Source: Promethearchaeota archaeon (GTDB lineage Archaea; Asgardarchaeota; Lokiarchaeia; Sigyniarchaeales; SOKP01). Taken from it: 58,465 nucleotides of DNA. The DNA is taken from NCBI GenBank assembly GCA_016930515.1, contig JAFGGO010000036.1, positions 1 to 58,465 of the forward strand, read 5' to 3'. The translations under genes were made by a program, and so were the position numbers. Numbering within the stretch: the stretch's first letter is position 1; each line of letters begins with the position of its first letter. This document shows, piece after piece, positions 20,031-30,420 of the stretch. Below the pieces are notes generated by a model. The model did not search any database, was not told where the DNA came from, and saw only the letters and a list, made by a program, of their open reading frames with translations.

Positions 20031-21524
20031 TCAAGATCCAGAGCGAGGTCTTAGGTTTTTTTGAAGAAATTCTCTATAAGAGTTCAGATGATCAAGAACA
20101 GTAGCCATTAAATCAAATGATTCGAATACTGGAACCCCACGATTAAGTAATTTCAACTTAAAGTTTAGCCTACTCTTGTATTCTTCGAATCCTTCGTTAA
20201 TCTTTAGCATAACGCAATACATTGGTTTTTTACAGGACTTCTTCGCCTTACTGATGAATTTTATAAAAAGTTTATTCACATCAATATCTATGTCCTTATC
20301 GATTATAATCTCGTCTTGAACCGTGGCAAATCGTTCTGGATCTTTAACAAACACTATTGCGTCTATGTTCGGATCCTTGTCCAAAACCGATATGACTCTA
20401 TAATACTTGTGAGGATAAGCACCTTCCGCACCCAAATCCAGTGGATTCGTGAAACTGGTATTAACCTCCGCTAAAAATCGGGAAAACCTTTTAATTGTTT
20501 TATCTGTCAATTGGGGAATAAGTATCCCTTTTTTTTCCAAGGCATCACCCGCTTCTATGGTACTTCCCCCTCCTATCCCAATAAGTCCAATTTTTCTTGA
20601 GGCAGGCAACTTGGTTAACTTGAAAGCTGACGCAAGAGCAGCAAGTTCGGTAGAATTATGAACCAAACAAGAGCCCGTTTGTTTAGCTACAGCTTCCCAA
20701 ATTTTATTATTTCCCGCTAAACCACCTGTATGAGATACGATTGCTTTTTTAGTGGCTTCTCCATAACCTGCACGCCACAAAATCACAGGTTTCTTATTCA
20801 AGTTGCATTCCCTTGCAATGTTAAAAAACCTTCTCCCTACTTCTTGGTTTTTGAGGTGTTCTAAATATAATCCAATAATTCTCGTTTTAGGGTCGTGTAA
20901 GAAATATTCCATAAAGTCGGGATATGTCAAGTCGATCGCATTTCCAATAGATACAACTTTCGATATGTACACGCCATAGGAAACAGCTAATTGGGCCGTA
21001 TTAACAGCAAGACCACCCGATTGAAAAATAGCGCTAAAATTTCCCTCCTTTTTTGACTGGTTTCCTCCGTTATAAATTCCCGAAGAAGGAACATAGATTC
21101 CAAGACAGTTAGGTCCAATTATCCTCATCCCGTACTTTCGAGCAATTTGAAGGATTTTTCGTTCAAGATCGTGTTTTCCAATTTCTCCAAACCCCGAAGC
21201 AAAAATCGTGACAAAATGCACTCCTTTTTGCCCTAATTCTTCCAATATTGAGGGGCATAGCTCTGCTCTTACTGCTAAAATGACATAATCGATAATAACA
21301 CCCTCAAGTTCCTTATCCAAAACTGAAGCGTAACATTTCGATCCTAACAACTCCTGTCCAGCGTATTTGGGATTGAACAAGTACATGGGTACTTTTATCT
21401 TGTCTTTCATAATTCTAGCAAAATACCCTCCAGCAATTGGATCTGGATTTGCACCGATAATCCCTATTGCTCTTGGACGAAATAGTTTTTCGAGAAGAAG
21501 AAAGGTTTCAGACGGAGTGTTCAT
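20031..21524 (-). CDS. Acyl-CoA synthetase (ADP-forming) alpha-like / CoA-binding protein
   Basis: 'RIIGPNCLG', 'QSGG', 'SIGNAIDL', phospho-His 'SHTGGLAG', 'NPLDL'. Confidence 0.9.
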   Translation of the reverse strand: MNTPSETFLLLEKLFRPRAIGIIGANPDPIAGGYFARIMKDKIKVPMYLFNPKYAGQELLGSKCYASVLDKELEGVIIDYVILAVRAELCPSILEELGQKGVHFVTIFASGFGEIGKHDLERKILQIARKYGMRIIGPNCLGIYVPSSGIYNGGNQSKKEGNFSAIFQSGGLAVNTAQLAVSYGVYISKVVSIGNAIDLTYPDFMEYFLHDPKTRIIGLYLEHLKNQEVGRRFFNIARECNLNKKPVILWRAGYGEATKKAIVSHTGGLAGNNKIWEAVAKQTGSCLVHNSTELAALASAFKLTKLPASRKIGLIGIGGGSTIEAGDALEKKGILIPQLTDKTIKRFSRFLAEVNTSFTNPLDLGAEGAYPHKYYRVISVLDKDPNIDAIVFVKDPERFATVQDEIIIDKDIDIDVNKLFIKFISKAKKSCKKPMYCVMLKINEGFEEYKSRLNFKLKLLNRGVPVFESFDLMATVLDHLNSYREFLQKNLRPRSGS

Positions 21525-21549
21525 GTGTTATAATAATTCTGGCAATTAT

Positions 21550-22272
21550 TTAATCATTTGCTCGTACCGTTTTTAGTACCATTTCAATATCGTTTGTGAT
21601 AATCCCGTCAATACCAAGGAAATTTAGTTTTCGAGTTGCTTTTTTTGAATCCACTGTCCAAGCATTCACCTTAATATGGTGAGCATGAGCTGTTTGAATA
21701 AATTTTTTGTTGATAAATTTATGATTGAGATGGACAGCGTAAAAATTGCTTTTTATGCTATTATTTAATGTTTTATATTTCTTAAATCCAAATAGCAATG
21801 GTGCTAATTTGAGTTTGGGTTCCAGTGAATGCAAATGTATTAATTCATCGTGATAAAACGAGCTAATAAGTGTTGAATTAATTAAGTTTGCAGATTCCAA
21901 GCACCGCACGACATATTTTGCCATCCCTGTTGCTTTTATTTCTATTTGTAAGTTAATCTTTCCTGTCGTACATTCAATTACTTCCTCCAATGTAGGTATT
22001 TGTTCGCCTTCTCCAGCATTGAGTTGTTTTAGATCCTTTAAAGTCATATTTTTCACTTTTCCTTTCGTTCCTGTCGTTCTTTTAGTGTTATCGTCGTGGA
22101 TCACGACGATCCTGTTGTCTTTTGATAAGTGGACATCGAATTCGATAAAATCGGCTTTTAAAGCGATAGCTTTCTCAAATGACTTGATAGTATTTTCAGG
22201 AGCAATTTTATTGGCACCTCTATGTCCTATCACGATAATATCACCTTTTTTATCCATTTTATTCCTGCTCAT
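21550..22272 (-). CDS. Glycerophosphodiester phosphodiesterase
   Basis: 'GHRGA..PENT', 'EFDVH', 'HD', 'IEIK', 'WTVD', 'DGIITN'. Confidence 0.92.
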   Translation of the reverse strand: MSRNKMDKKGDIIVIGHRGANKIAPENTIKSFEKAIALKADFIEFDVHLSKDNRIVVIHDDNTKRTTGTKGKVKNMTLKDLKQLNAGEGEQIPTLEEVIECTTGKINLQIEIKATGMAKYVVRCLESANLINSTLISSFYHDELIHLHSLEPKLKLAPLLFGFKKYKTLNNSIKSNFYAVHLNHKFINKKFIQTAHAHHIKVNAWTVDSKKATRKLNFLGIDGIITNDIEMVLKTVRAND

Positions 22273-22634
22273 ATTTAAAATTTTAACGATTTAGCGGTTT
22301 ATACAAATTTGTAAAATCGAAAGTCAATGCGCGTTTAGTTAAACAGTTTAAAGTTTAATTAAATATTCATTTTATCTAAAATTGGCGCTACATTTTAATT
22401 CACATAAATATCTGATAAGTAATAAGCAATTTTAACTTTTATTAAATGGACAATAGTCGCCCTTCTCGCAATAAACCAAAAAGTTTATTACGCATGAGAA
22501 CGAATTTCGTTCCATTACAACAACATTTAAATATCTAAATTTATTTTAGTAAAAATGGTTGTTATATTTATTACAAGCCGCAAAACCATAAACTTTAAAT
22601 AGGTTTTTGAATACAAATATGGAGAAGTGATTAC

Positions 22635-22886
22635 ATGAGATTCTGTCCAAATTGCGACAACATAATGCTTCCACGGAACGGAAAACTCTACTGCCAAGCC
22701 TGCGATGAAGAATTCGACTTAAAAAATGAACAAAGCGACTTCAAGATAATCAAGAAGATAAAACACGATGATAGCGAGGGATCCCCAATTATCGTTAAAG
22801 GCGAATTCGCTGGTCGAAGAATTGGTTCCGAAGATCGCAAGGCTTTCGAAGAATTTTTCAGCGGTTCCGAAGAATCAGGGTATTAA
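22635..22886 (+). CDS. TFS/RpoM (Rpb9/A12/C11)-like protein with only the N-terminal Zn ribbon
   Basis: 'MRFCPNCDNIMLP...LYCQAC'; no C-terminal QxRSADE ribbon. Confidence 0.7.
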   Translation: MRFCPNCDNIMLPRNGKLYCQACDEEFDLKNEQSDFKIIKKIKHDDSEGSPIIVKGEFAGRRIGSEDRKAFEEFFSGSEESGY

Positions 22887-23128
22887 ATAAAAGTTCATGG
22901 CGATACAATAAAAACAACCGCGCTAATTTTAAAGTTGTAAGCAGGCCTATAGCTCCAGCTTTGATCGTTAATATCTTAAAATCATTAAAATATCAATAAT
23001 TGTTCGTTATCTTGTAAATAACGTGAAGAAAAAAATGTTATTATTTAAATGTGTTTTTTTTATATTCCCTTAGATTTAAAAAAAAAAAAGAGTATAGGGT
23101 TTTTTTTTATCTTTTAACGGGTGTTTAA

Positions 23129-23422
23129 ATGAAAAAAAAAAGAGAAGATCTTTCTAATAAGGATATTTCGAGCATTTTTAAGCAAGCTATAGACTTGATC
23201 GACAAACTTGACGATAATCTAGAAGACTTAGTTGAATTTTCATGTAATTTAAAGTTATTACTCAGAAAAATTAAAAATAAGGTTAATTCGGGCGTTGAAA
23301 AAGAGGAAAAAACAGTTAAAATGCTCGCACCTCCAATTAATAAGGAAATTCTGAGTTTGAACGATTTAATTATAATCGATGCGAATGATTTAGAACTATT
23401 AGACGGTAGCGAAGAAATATAA
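23129..23422 (+). CDS. Hypothetical protein
   Basis: 97-aa ORF with GGGTG SD-like motif. Confidence 0.5.
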   Translation: MKKKREDLSNKDISSIFKQAIDLIDKLDDNLEDLVEFSCNLKLLLRKIKNKVNSGVEKEEKTVKMLAPPINKEILSLNDLIIIDANDLELLDGSEEI

Positions 23423-23462
23423 TTATTCTTTTTTTATTTTACTTTTTAATTTAATATTAAAT

Positions 23463-23888
23463 TCATACTTTAAGGTTAAACAATTCAACGAGTGAAACCA
23501 TTTTTTCTTTTAATAATTCAATCTTTTCATCTTTTAAGGAAGTTAAAAGCACTTCTTTGTCGGAATCAGCAATCTCTGTAAAAAAAGCGAGAAATTCTTT
23601 CAAGTATATCACCTTTTTGTTTGGATTTAGCTTGATGTTTGTTATAGTATCAGCGATAATCGTATGAATAAGTGATTTTTCTTCCGATGTATCTTTACAT
23701 AAATTATCAATAGGAATATTTAATTGAGTAAACAATTCGTTTTTTGAAATAGCATCTAGAATAATGTCAAAAAGTAGATCACTTCTCGTTGATAAGCTTA
23801 AATCGTGAGTGTAGCTCGCAAGATTTTCGTCTAATTGCTCAATTTGAGCTATCAATGATTGAATTTTTTCAGAATCTTTTTTCTCCAT
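23463..23888 (-). CDS. Hypothetical helical protein
   Basis: 141-aa ORF with native-looking composition. Confidence 0.55.
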   Translation of the reverse strand: MEKKDSEKIQSLIAQIEQLDENLASYTHDLSLSTRSDLLFDIILDAISKNELFTQLNIPIDNLCKDTSEEKSLIHTIIADTITNIKLNPNKKVIYLKEFLAFFTEIADSDKEVLLTSLKDEKIELLKEKMVSLVELFNLKV

Positions 23889-24070
23889 TTACATCAATTA
23901 AAAATACAACATTATAATTTATAAACGATTTTGAACATTTATGTTTTTTAGGCTAAGATTAATATTAACATAAAAATAAGTTATTAAATTAAACTTGTTG
24001 GAAAAATCGTTATTTCATCCAAATTCTAAAAAATAAAATTTTATAATCTAAATGTGTTAAAAAATAATTA

Positions 24071-24802
24071 ATGAACCCAGAAATCACAACTATACTTTCT
24101 AAGTTTCAAGAACTCATCAAGTATAAATTTAAACAAGAAGAATTATTGAAAGAGGCTCTTACAACACCTCAATTAGCAAACGAAATTGGCATAAACGATT
24201 ATAATTTCTTGGAAACACTGGGAGACGCAGTACTTAAAATTATATTTATCACAAAACTTTATAACGACGGTAAAGGTATTAGAGATCCGGGAACAATTAC
24301 AAAAATTAAACAAAAACTCGAAAACGACAATATTCTTAGAAAAATTGCTTTGGAAAAAATGAATCTCGATAAGTTTATCTTCAAATCGGAGAAACAAAAA
24401 ATTAAGAATACAAAAGTCTTAGCGGATGTTTTTGAAGCCATTTGTGGTGCTCTCTACCTTGATTCGGGAAGAAATATAAATCTGGTTGAAAAAAAAATAG
24501 TTAATAGATTTTACACGGATTATTCAAGTATTATTTCGTCGTCAAAGATATTTATCAAAAACGAACTTATTGAATACTTACAAAAAAAATTTAGAATTAC
24601 ACCCCGTATTTTATGTGAATACGAAAATCTCGGAACTGACAACGAACCTAAATGGGTGGCAAAAAATCCAAAAATCTTTCCCGAAGATCTTAAAATAACG
24701 CTTCCTAAAGACCTAATTTCAAAAAAAAGTAGTTCAATAGGTGGAGCAGATCAGGATATATACGAAAAAATCTTGATGTATCTCAGACGCCAATATTTCT
24801 AA
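24071..24802 (+). CDS. rnc: Ribonuclease III family protein with degenerate dsRBD-like C-terminus
   Basis: Signature 'NFLETLGDAVL' and 'LADVFEAICGALYLD'. Confidence 0.85.
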   Translation: MNPEITTILSKFQELIKYKFKQEELLKEALTTPQLANEIGINDYNFLETLGDAVLKIIFITKLYNDGKGIRDPGTITKIKQKLENDNILRKIALEKMNLDKFIFKSEKQKIKNTKVLADVFEAICGALYLDSGRNINLVEKKIVNRFYTDYSSIISSSKIFIKNELIEYLQKKFRITPRILCEYENLGTDNEPKWVAKNPKIFPEDLKITLPKDLISKKSSSIGGADQDIYEKILMYLRRQYF

Positions 24803-24847
24803 AACTCATTTACCCCATTTAAATCTGAACCTAACAAAATAATATTA

Positions 24848-25390
24848 TTAGGTTCGATTTTCGGGTTTGATATAATTGAAGTTATCAGGTTTCTTTTCCA
24901 TAAGATCTAGAAGTTCTCGAAACGATATTGGAGAGAAATTACAATTATCCACACCTACATCGTGTTGTTTTCCAATAGGTTCGAGACGCCCATGAGAGTG
25001 TCCATACAATTGCCATGAATTAAAATGGCTTTTATTCCAGACCCTCATTGCGTAATGACATAACGTGATATTTTGATTTTTTAATTTTATGTCCTTTACT
25101 TGATTAACACTCTTGCAATATTCTTTAGCAAGTTCAATTACTTGCTTAGAATCGTGATTTCCAACGATGTAATGAATATCGCATTGGGAAAATCGTTCGA
25201 AGAAGGCGGTGGCCGTGCTTTCTTTAAAGGTGAGATCACCTAAAAAATACAATGTATCCCCTGGATTCAACTTATGCTCTAAATTATCAAGAATTTTTTC
25301 GTCCATTGTTCTGACATCCTTAAATGGTCGATTACAATAATTGATGATATTTGCGTGTGATAAGTGAAAGTCTGCCGTGAACCAGATCAT
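24848..25390 (-). CDS. Calcineurin-like metallophosphoesterase
   Basis: DxH 'TADFH', 'LGD', 'GNHD', 'GHSH'; likely start is the ATG at 25390. Confidence 0.88.
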   Translation of the reverse strand: MIWFTADFHLSHANIINYCNRPFKDVRTMDEKILDNLEHKLNPGDTLYFLGDLTFKESTATAFFERFSQCDIHYIVGNHDSKQVIELAKEYCKSVNQVKDIKLKNQNITLCHYAMRVWNKSHFNSWQLYGHSHGRLEPIGKQHDVGVDNCNFSPISFRELLDLMEKKPDNFNYIKPENRT

Positions 25391-25486
25391 CTTTTTTCTC
25401 TTTCTTTTAGAATTACAATATTTAGAATGCTTTAAATTTCTATTTTTAATATAGATCATCTATAATATAAATTATTCTTTAATTCT

Positions 25487-25933
25487 CTCATCGAAGAATT
25501 GAAGATTAAAAAGCCAAAAAGGGAAGATTTTGAAGCAATTTTTTCTTTCCTCAACCAAATTTGGCCAAAAAAGAACTTAAATAAAGAGAAAATGAAAAAT
25601 TCATTTAATATTGGGTTGACTTCTCCCAATCAGGAATATAGGATTTTAAAAATATAAGATCAAGTCCTGGAATTTGCTAATTTAACGATTAAAAATAGTT
25701 TATAGCAAGAAGGATACATGATACATCTTGACGAGATTATAATTGATAAAGGTTAGAGGGATCGTAGGCTAGGTACAGAATTACTTGATTCAATAATTAG
25801 AATTGCCATGAATAGATCTTGCGGGAAAATCGAATTGGATTCCAGGTATCATTGGGTAGAAGCATATAAATTTTAAGAGAGAAAGCAATTTTATTGAAGA
25901 ACGCACATTTTAACCCTCGAACTTGTTCTATAA
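25487..25933 (+). pseudogene. GNAT acetyltransferase pseudogene
   Basis: One frame reads ...HLDEIIIDKG*RDRRLGTELL...CGKIELDS...EAYKF*ERKQF, with five internal stops. Confidence 0.8.
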
Positions 25934-26025
25934 TAATTTTTCTTCAAGTAAGAGGGCTATTAATCTTTAATTAAGATTAGATAACTATTTTAACATCCCA
26001 TACATCCCTTTAATAAAGACTTGAA

Positions 26026-26871
26026 GTGATTAATATGAATGCGGAAAAAAAAATCGTGTTGATAACTGGAGCGTCTTCTGGCATAGGAAAAGCTACGGCA
26101 CTAAAATTGCTTGAAAATGGACATTCTGTTTATTGTACAGCCAGAAATATTGATAAAATGGAACATTTAAAAATAAATGGTGGAAGGATACTCTTTTTAG
26201 ATGTAACTGACGAGAAATCCATTAAAAAAGCGGTGAGCAAGATTATCGAAGAACAAGGTAAGATCGATGTTTTATTTAATAACGCAGGATATGGTGTTTA
26301 TGGTCCAATAGAAGATGTTCCCCTCGAAGAAATCAAAAGACAATTCGATGTTAATGTGTTTGGAATAGGGAGAATGTTGAAGGCCGTTTTACCGCACATG
26401 CGGAAAAGAAAAGCTGGACTAATCATAAATACGGCTTCAGTTGCGGGTCATTTATCGTCTGGTATTTTAGGATGGTACGCCGCTACCAAGCACGCAGTAG
26501 AGGCGATCTCAGATGCACTTCGTCAAGAAATACAACATCTGAATATTAAAGTCGTGATTATTGAGCCTGGCATCGTCAAAACGGAATTTGATTCGATTGC
26601 GTTTGGATTGATGGATAACCTAGAAAACACCTCAGACTACGAGGTTTTAGTAAAGAACGCCAAGAAATATTACGAGAGGTTATATGAAAAGGCTGAAGGT
26701 CCTGAAGGAGTAGCTAAAATCGTATTCAATGCAATAGAAGCAGAATCACCGAGTACTCGATATCCAGCAACACCAAACGCTCAAACTTTGATTGAAATGA
26801 GAAAAAATATGTCCGACGATAAATTTGACGCAGTAATTTTAGGACAATATCGTAAAGCTAGTGGAGCGTAA
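26026..26871 (+). CDS. Short-chain dehydrogenase/reductase
   Basis: TGASSGIG, NNAG, YAATK. Confidence 0.92.
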   Translation: MINMNAEKKIVLITGASSGIGKATALKLLENGHSVYCTARNIDKMEHLKINGGRILFLDVTDEKSIKKAVSKIIEEQGKIDVLFNNAGYGVYGPIEDVPLEEIKRQFDVNVFGIGRMLKAVLPHMRKRKAGLIINTASVAGHLSSGILGWYAATKHAVEAISDALRQEIQHLNIKVVIIEPGIVKTEFDSIAFGLMDNLENTSDYEVLVKNAKKYYERLYEKAEGPEGVAKIVFNAIEAESPSTRYPATPNAQTLIEMRKNMSDDKFDAVILGQYRKASGA

Positions 26872-26970
26872 TATTTCATCAATACTTTAAGATATATAGT
26901 ATTTATTAACTAATGTTTTTTTATTACTTTTAATTTTTCTCACTCAAATAAAAAAATAACAATATTTTTC

Positions 26971-28107
26971 ATGACTAAAGCAATAATTTTATCTGGTGGT
27001 TGGGGGACGCGACTTAGACCCCTAACCTGTTCCTTACCCAAGACTTTAATCCCAGTTGTTAATGTTCCTGTGGTGGAAAGACAAATAACTCTTTTACGAT
27101 CAATAGGAGTGAAAGAGATAGTTTTAGCCGTTAGCGTCATGTCGGAATATTTAAAAGGATATTTTGGTGATGGGAGTAGTCTAGGAATTAAAATACACTA
27201 TACTAACGAAGAGAACCCCATGGGAACTGCAGGAGCCTTAAAATTAGCAGAATACTATTTAAGGGACGATAATTTCTTCTTGCTGAATGGCGATGAAATT
27301 ATTAATTTCAATTTTAAAGAGATGCTCGAATTTCACGAGAATGTGAATGCAACAGTCACTATCGCCAGTAAAACCGTAGAAGACACTTCGAGATACGGTG
27401 TGCTAATAGTAAATGGTGAAACAAACCGCATCGATAGATTCCTTGAAAAAGAGGAATATAATCCACCCAAAGATATGATTGTTCCTATGCCCGTGAATGC
27501 AGGAGTTTATATTTTTGAACCGGAGGTCTTCGATCAAATCGCCCCAAAAAAGAAACTATCAATAGAGCGAGACGTATTTCCGATTCTGGCACGAGAAGGA
27601 TGTTTATACAATTATTCGTTAAAGGGCATGTGGAAAGACATAGGTACGCCCTTGGATCTCCTCGAGGGTAATATCTTACTAATGAAATCACTCATCGAAG
27701 AAACGGCTGGAAAAGAAGAGAATATCATTGCAACCAGCGTTCAATTTGAGGGAAACACTACGATAATTCCTCCTATAACAATTGGCGAGCATGTGATCGT
27801 TAGATACGGATGCAAGCTTGGTCCGAATGCGGTTATTGGAGACAATTCATATCTCGAAAAAAACGCAATGATTAAAAATTCAATAATAAATAACAAGGTC
27901 TTTATAGGTGAAAATTCTATAGTTGAAAAAGCAATCGTTGCTGATAATTGTAGGCTCGAAGAAAATGTGGAATTAAAGGGTAACGAAAACGCTCTGGTAA
28001 TCTTGGGATCCTCTGTACATGTCCTTAAGAATATCAGACTTATTTCTCCTAAAGATCAACACATTACCTATTGTCATCACGAAGTTGTTAGGAGGAGCAT
28101 TGATTAG
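26971..28107 (+). CDS. NDP-sugar pyrophosphorylase (mannose-1-phosphate guanylyltransferase-like)
   Basis: 'LSGGWGTRLRPLT..PK', 'MGTAGAL', 'WKDIGTP', LbH C-terminus. Confidence 0.9.
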   Translation: MTKAIILSGGWGTRLRPLTCSLPKTLIPVVNVPVVERQITLLRSIGVKEIVLAVSVMSEYLKGYFGDGSSLGIKIHYTNEENPMGTAGALKLAEYYLRDDNFFLLNGDEIINFNFKEMLEFHENVNATVTIASKTVEDTSRYGVLIVNGETNRIDRFLEKEEYNPPKDMIVPMPVNAGVYIFEPEVFDQIAPKKKLSIERDVFPILAREGCLYNYSLKGMWKDIGTPLDLLEGNILLMKSLIEETAGKEENIIATSVQFEGNTTIIPPITIGEHVIVRYGCKLGPNAVIGDNSYLEKNAMIKNSIINNKVFIGENSIVEKAIVADNCRLEENVELKGNENALVILGSSVHVLKNIRLISPKDQHITYCHHEVVRRSID

Positions 28108-28109
28108 TA

Positions 28110-28715
28110 CTACTGATCTAAATGAAGTGCAATCAATTCCAGATAAGAAAGCGTGATTGAACGATCTTTTTTTATTCCAAATTCCAATAAAAATTCGAAT
28201 AATTTGTCTTGGAAATGCTCTATTTCTCCACCTTCTATTACCTGGCACTCAACTTCGAGAAAATACCGGTTTAATATCGGGATATAATCTATCAATGCTT
28301 CAATTAAAAGGCTGTTGTGGTGAAATTCGTATAATTCCCTTTCTTTTTTAACAGTAAGTACTTCTCGGAAGCCTAATAATTTTAAAATATCTAAGATCTT
28401 ATCTCCTTCTTCAACTATTGTTTCCAATTCCTTTCGAGTTTTTGCTTTAGAGCTCAGTTTAGCACCTTTATATGTTAAAAAATAATTTATTCTACTTTTA
28501 ACATTTTCTTGATTCATATCAAATTCCAAGGATTTTCTAACTCTTAGTGCTTCGTCGGATTTTCTAAAATCTCTAAGGCCTTCAGGCATATTGAAATAAG
28601 TATCTTCGTGTAGGAGAGAACACTTGTAAACGCCATTTTTTTTAGCAAATTCCTCACGCAACTTAGCTGGGTCTGTAATTTCTACTTTAATTTCGACTTC
28701 AATCATCTCTTGCAA
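28110..28715 (-). CDS. cyaB: CYTH-domain protein (class IV adenylate cyclase-like)
   Basis: 'EVEIK', 'DTYF', 'EALRVR', 'LTYKG', 'FLEVE', 'SYLEL'. Confidence 0.85.
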   Translation of the reverse strand: MQEMIEVEIKVEITDPAKLREEFAKKNGVYKCSLLHEDTYFNMPEGLRDFRKSDEALRVRKSLEFDMNQENVKSRINYFLTYKGAKLSSKAKTRKELETIVEEGDKILDILKLLGFREVLTVKKERELYEFHHNSLLIEALIDYIPILNRYFLEVECQVIEGGEIEHFQDKLFEFLLEFGIKKDRSITLSYLELIALHLDQ

Positions 28716-28778
28716 GAATAATAATTAATAGACTCTTTAAATTATTTACCTTATACTAATATTAATTGGAGTGGTACT

Positions 28779-29744
28779 ATTTCCGATACAAACGCAATCG
28801 TTAAGGAACTCGCAAATCAATATCGATATCTGCCCTACATGATCGAAAGATATGTGGAGTATTTAGGCGTTGAGGGAACGAAGGCACTCTTAGAAGCTAA
28901 CGAAAAACCACTAATCCCCTCAATCAGGACCAACACCATCAAGATTAGTTCCGAAAAATTGCGAAACCGTTTGGAAAAAAAGGATTTTCAATTAAAATGG
29001 ATTGATCGGGTACCTGACGCTTTCTTAGTAACAAAGGAAGCGTCTAATTTAGGCTCAACTCACGAATATTTATTCGGATACTATTATTTGCAGAACGTGG
29101 CATCCATGCTCCCTGCCTTAATTCTCGATCCGCAACCAGGAGAGATCGTTGTTGACATGTGCGCAGCTCCAGGGAGCAAGTCAACCCAACTCGCCCAACT
29201 CATGAACAACGAAGGAACACTCGTTTTAATAGAGAAGAACGCAAAAAGAATTCCCTCCTTGGAATTGAACTTGCGTAGGATGGGTGTAAAAAATGCGTCT
29301 ATATATAACATGGACGCAGTAAATCTGGAAAAAGCTAATTTCTTCGTAGATAAAATATTACTTGACGCCCCTTGCACGGGAGAGGGACTTATAAGACAAG
29401 ATCCCTCGAGAAAAACGAGTAAAAAGTTTCAAGATATCATAAAACTATCTGAAGTTCAAAAAAGACTTCTAAACGCGGGATTATCGGCGTTAAAACCAGG
29501 AGGCAAGCTCATTTATAGCACTTGTTCTATTGCTTTCGAAGAAAATGAAATCGTAATCGACGAAGTATTGAGAAATAAAAAAAATTTTAAAATAAAACAA
29601 CTTGGAGTTCAGTACGGGTCGAAGGGGCTTGTTCAAGTAGGAGGAAAAAAATTACTTGAGGATATTAGGTACTCCCAGAGATTGTACCCTCACATTCAAG
29701 ATTCGATTGGCTTTTATGTGTGCTTGATCGAACGCCTAAAATGA
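28779..29744 (+). CDS. RsmB/NOL1/NOP2 RNA m5C methyltransferase (probable ATT start upstream of the annotated ATG at 28839)
   Basis: 'DMCAAPGSKS', 'DAPCTG', 'YSTCS'; in-frame extension 'KELANQYRYLPYMIERY' after a GGAGTG motif. Confidence 0.88.
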   Translation: MSDTNAIVKELANQYRYLPYMIERYVEYLGVEGTKALLEANEKPLIPSIRTNTIKISSEKLRNRLEKKDFQLKWIDRVPDAFLVTKEASNLGSTHEYLFGYYYLQNVASMLPALILDPQPGEIVVDMCAAPGSKSTQLAQLMNNEGTLVLIEKNAKRIPSLELNLRRMGVKNASIYNMDAVNLEKANFFVDKILLDAPCTGEGLIRQDPSRKTSKKFQDIIKLSEVQKRLLNAGLSALKPGGKLIYSTCSIAFEENEIVIDEVLRNKKNFKIKQLGVQYGSKGLVQVGGKKLLEDIRYSQRLYPHIQDSIGFYVCLIERLK

Positions 29745-29768
29745 TTTGGTGATTTGAATAATATAACT

Positions 29769-30329
29769 TTATTGTTCCGTACGCAAATAATATCCTTTAT
29801 CGATTAAAGTAATTAAATTAAGCTTTGGGTTAATAATATCTCGTGCTTTATCGTATTCACATCGAGCAAGGGAAAGCACCTCACGATCTTGATTTTGAAC
29901 TAAAACAATAGTTTGCATTGATAAATCTTGAGATATTTTTCTAATCATTTTGTTGGTTATCTTATTTCGATAAAGAGTACCTTTTTCTCCAGATTCATTA
30001 ACAATGATAATTTGGGATTCGGGAAAGCTTCCTATTTGAAGCAAAAATTCGGCACCTTCCAAGCTTAATAAAAATTCTCCACGCTTTATTGTGCCAAAGA
30101 ATATTCCCGCATATTGAAGATGAGGATTGAAAATTCGTTTTTGTAAAAAACTAATCAGTTCGTTAGGAACCATAAATATTTTCGGAAAAAATTGCTTGTA
30201 ACGAGTCGTTCCAAGATAAATCCACTTTTCGTATCTGATATTTTTCAAATCTTTGGGGATTTTGGGAGTGATCAAGGAAAGAGAGTTGTGTATGATTTTA
30301 TCTTCTACTGGATTAATTTCTCGAAACAT
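29769..30329 (-). CDS. Nip7-like PUA-domain ribosome biogenesis protein
   Basis: 'MFREI', 'AGIFFG..FLLSLEG', C-terminal 'DKGYYLR'; convergent with NOP2. Confidence 0.75.
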   Translation of the reverse strand: MFREINPVEDKIIHNSLSLITPKIPKDLKNIRYEKWIYLGTTRYKQFFPKIFMVPNELISFLQKRIFNPHLQYAGIFFGTIKRGEFLLSLEGAEFLLQIGSFPESQIIIVNESGEKGTLYRNKITNKMIRKISQDLSMQTIVLVQNQDREVLSLARCEYDKARDIINPKLNLITLIDKGYYLRTEQ

Positions 30330-30420
30330 TTTTTTGATCTTTATTCTATAAAAATAACCTAAAAAAAGATGGTTACCATAATATAGTCACTGAGATGATA
30401 AAAAAATAGGTTTTTCTAAA

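Noticed and set aside
22941-22970. GGCCTATAGCTCCAGC resembling a tRNA 5' end
   Set aside because: No anticodon arm, T arm or matching acceptor strand nearby.
25487-25933. Pyrrolysine or stop-codon recoding in the GNAT frame
   Set aside because: All three stop types occur and conserved residues are degraded.
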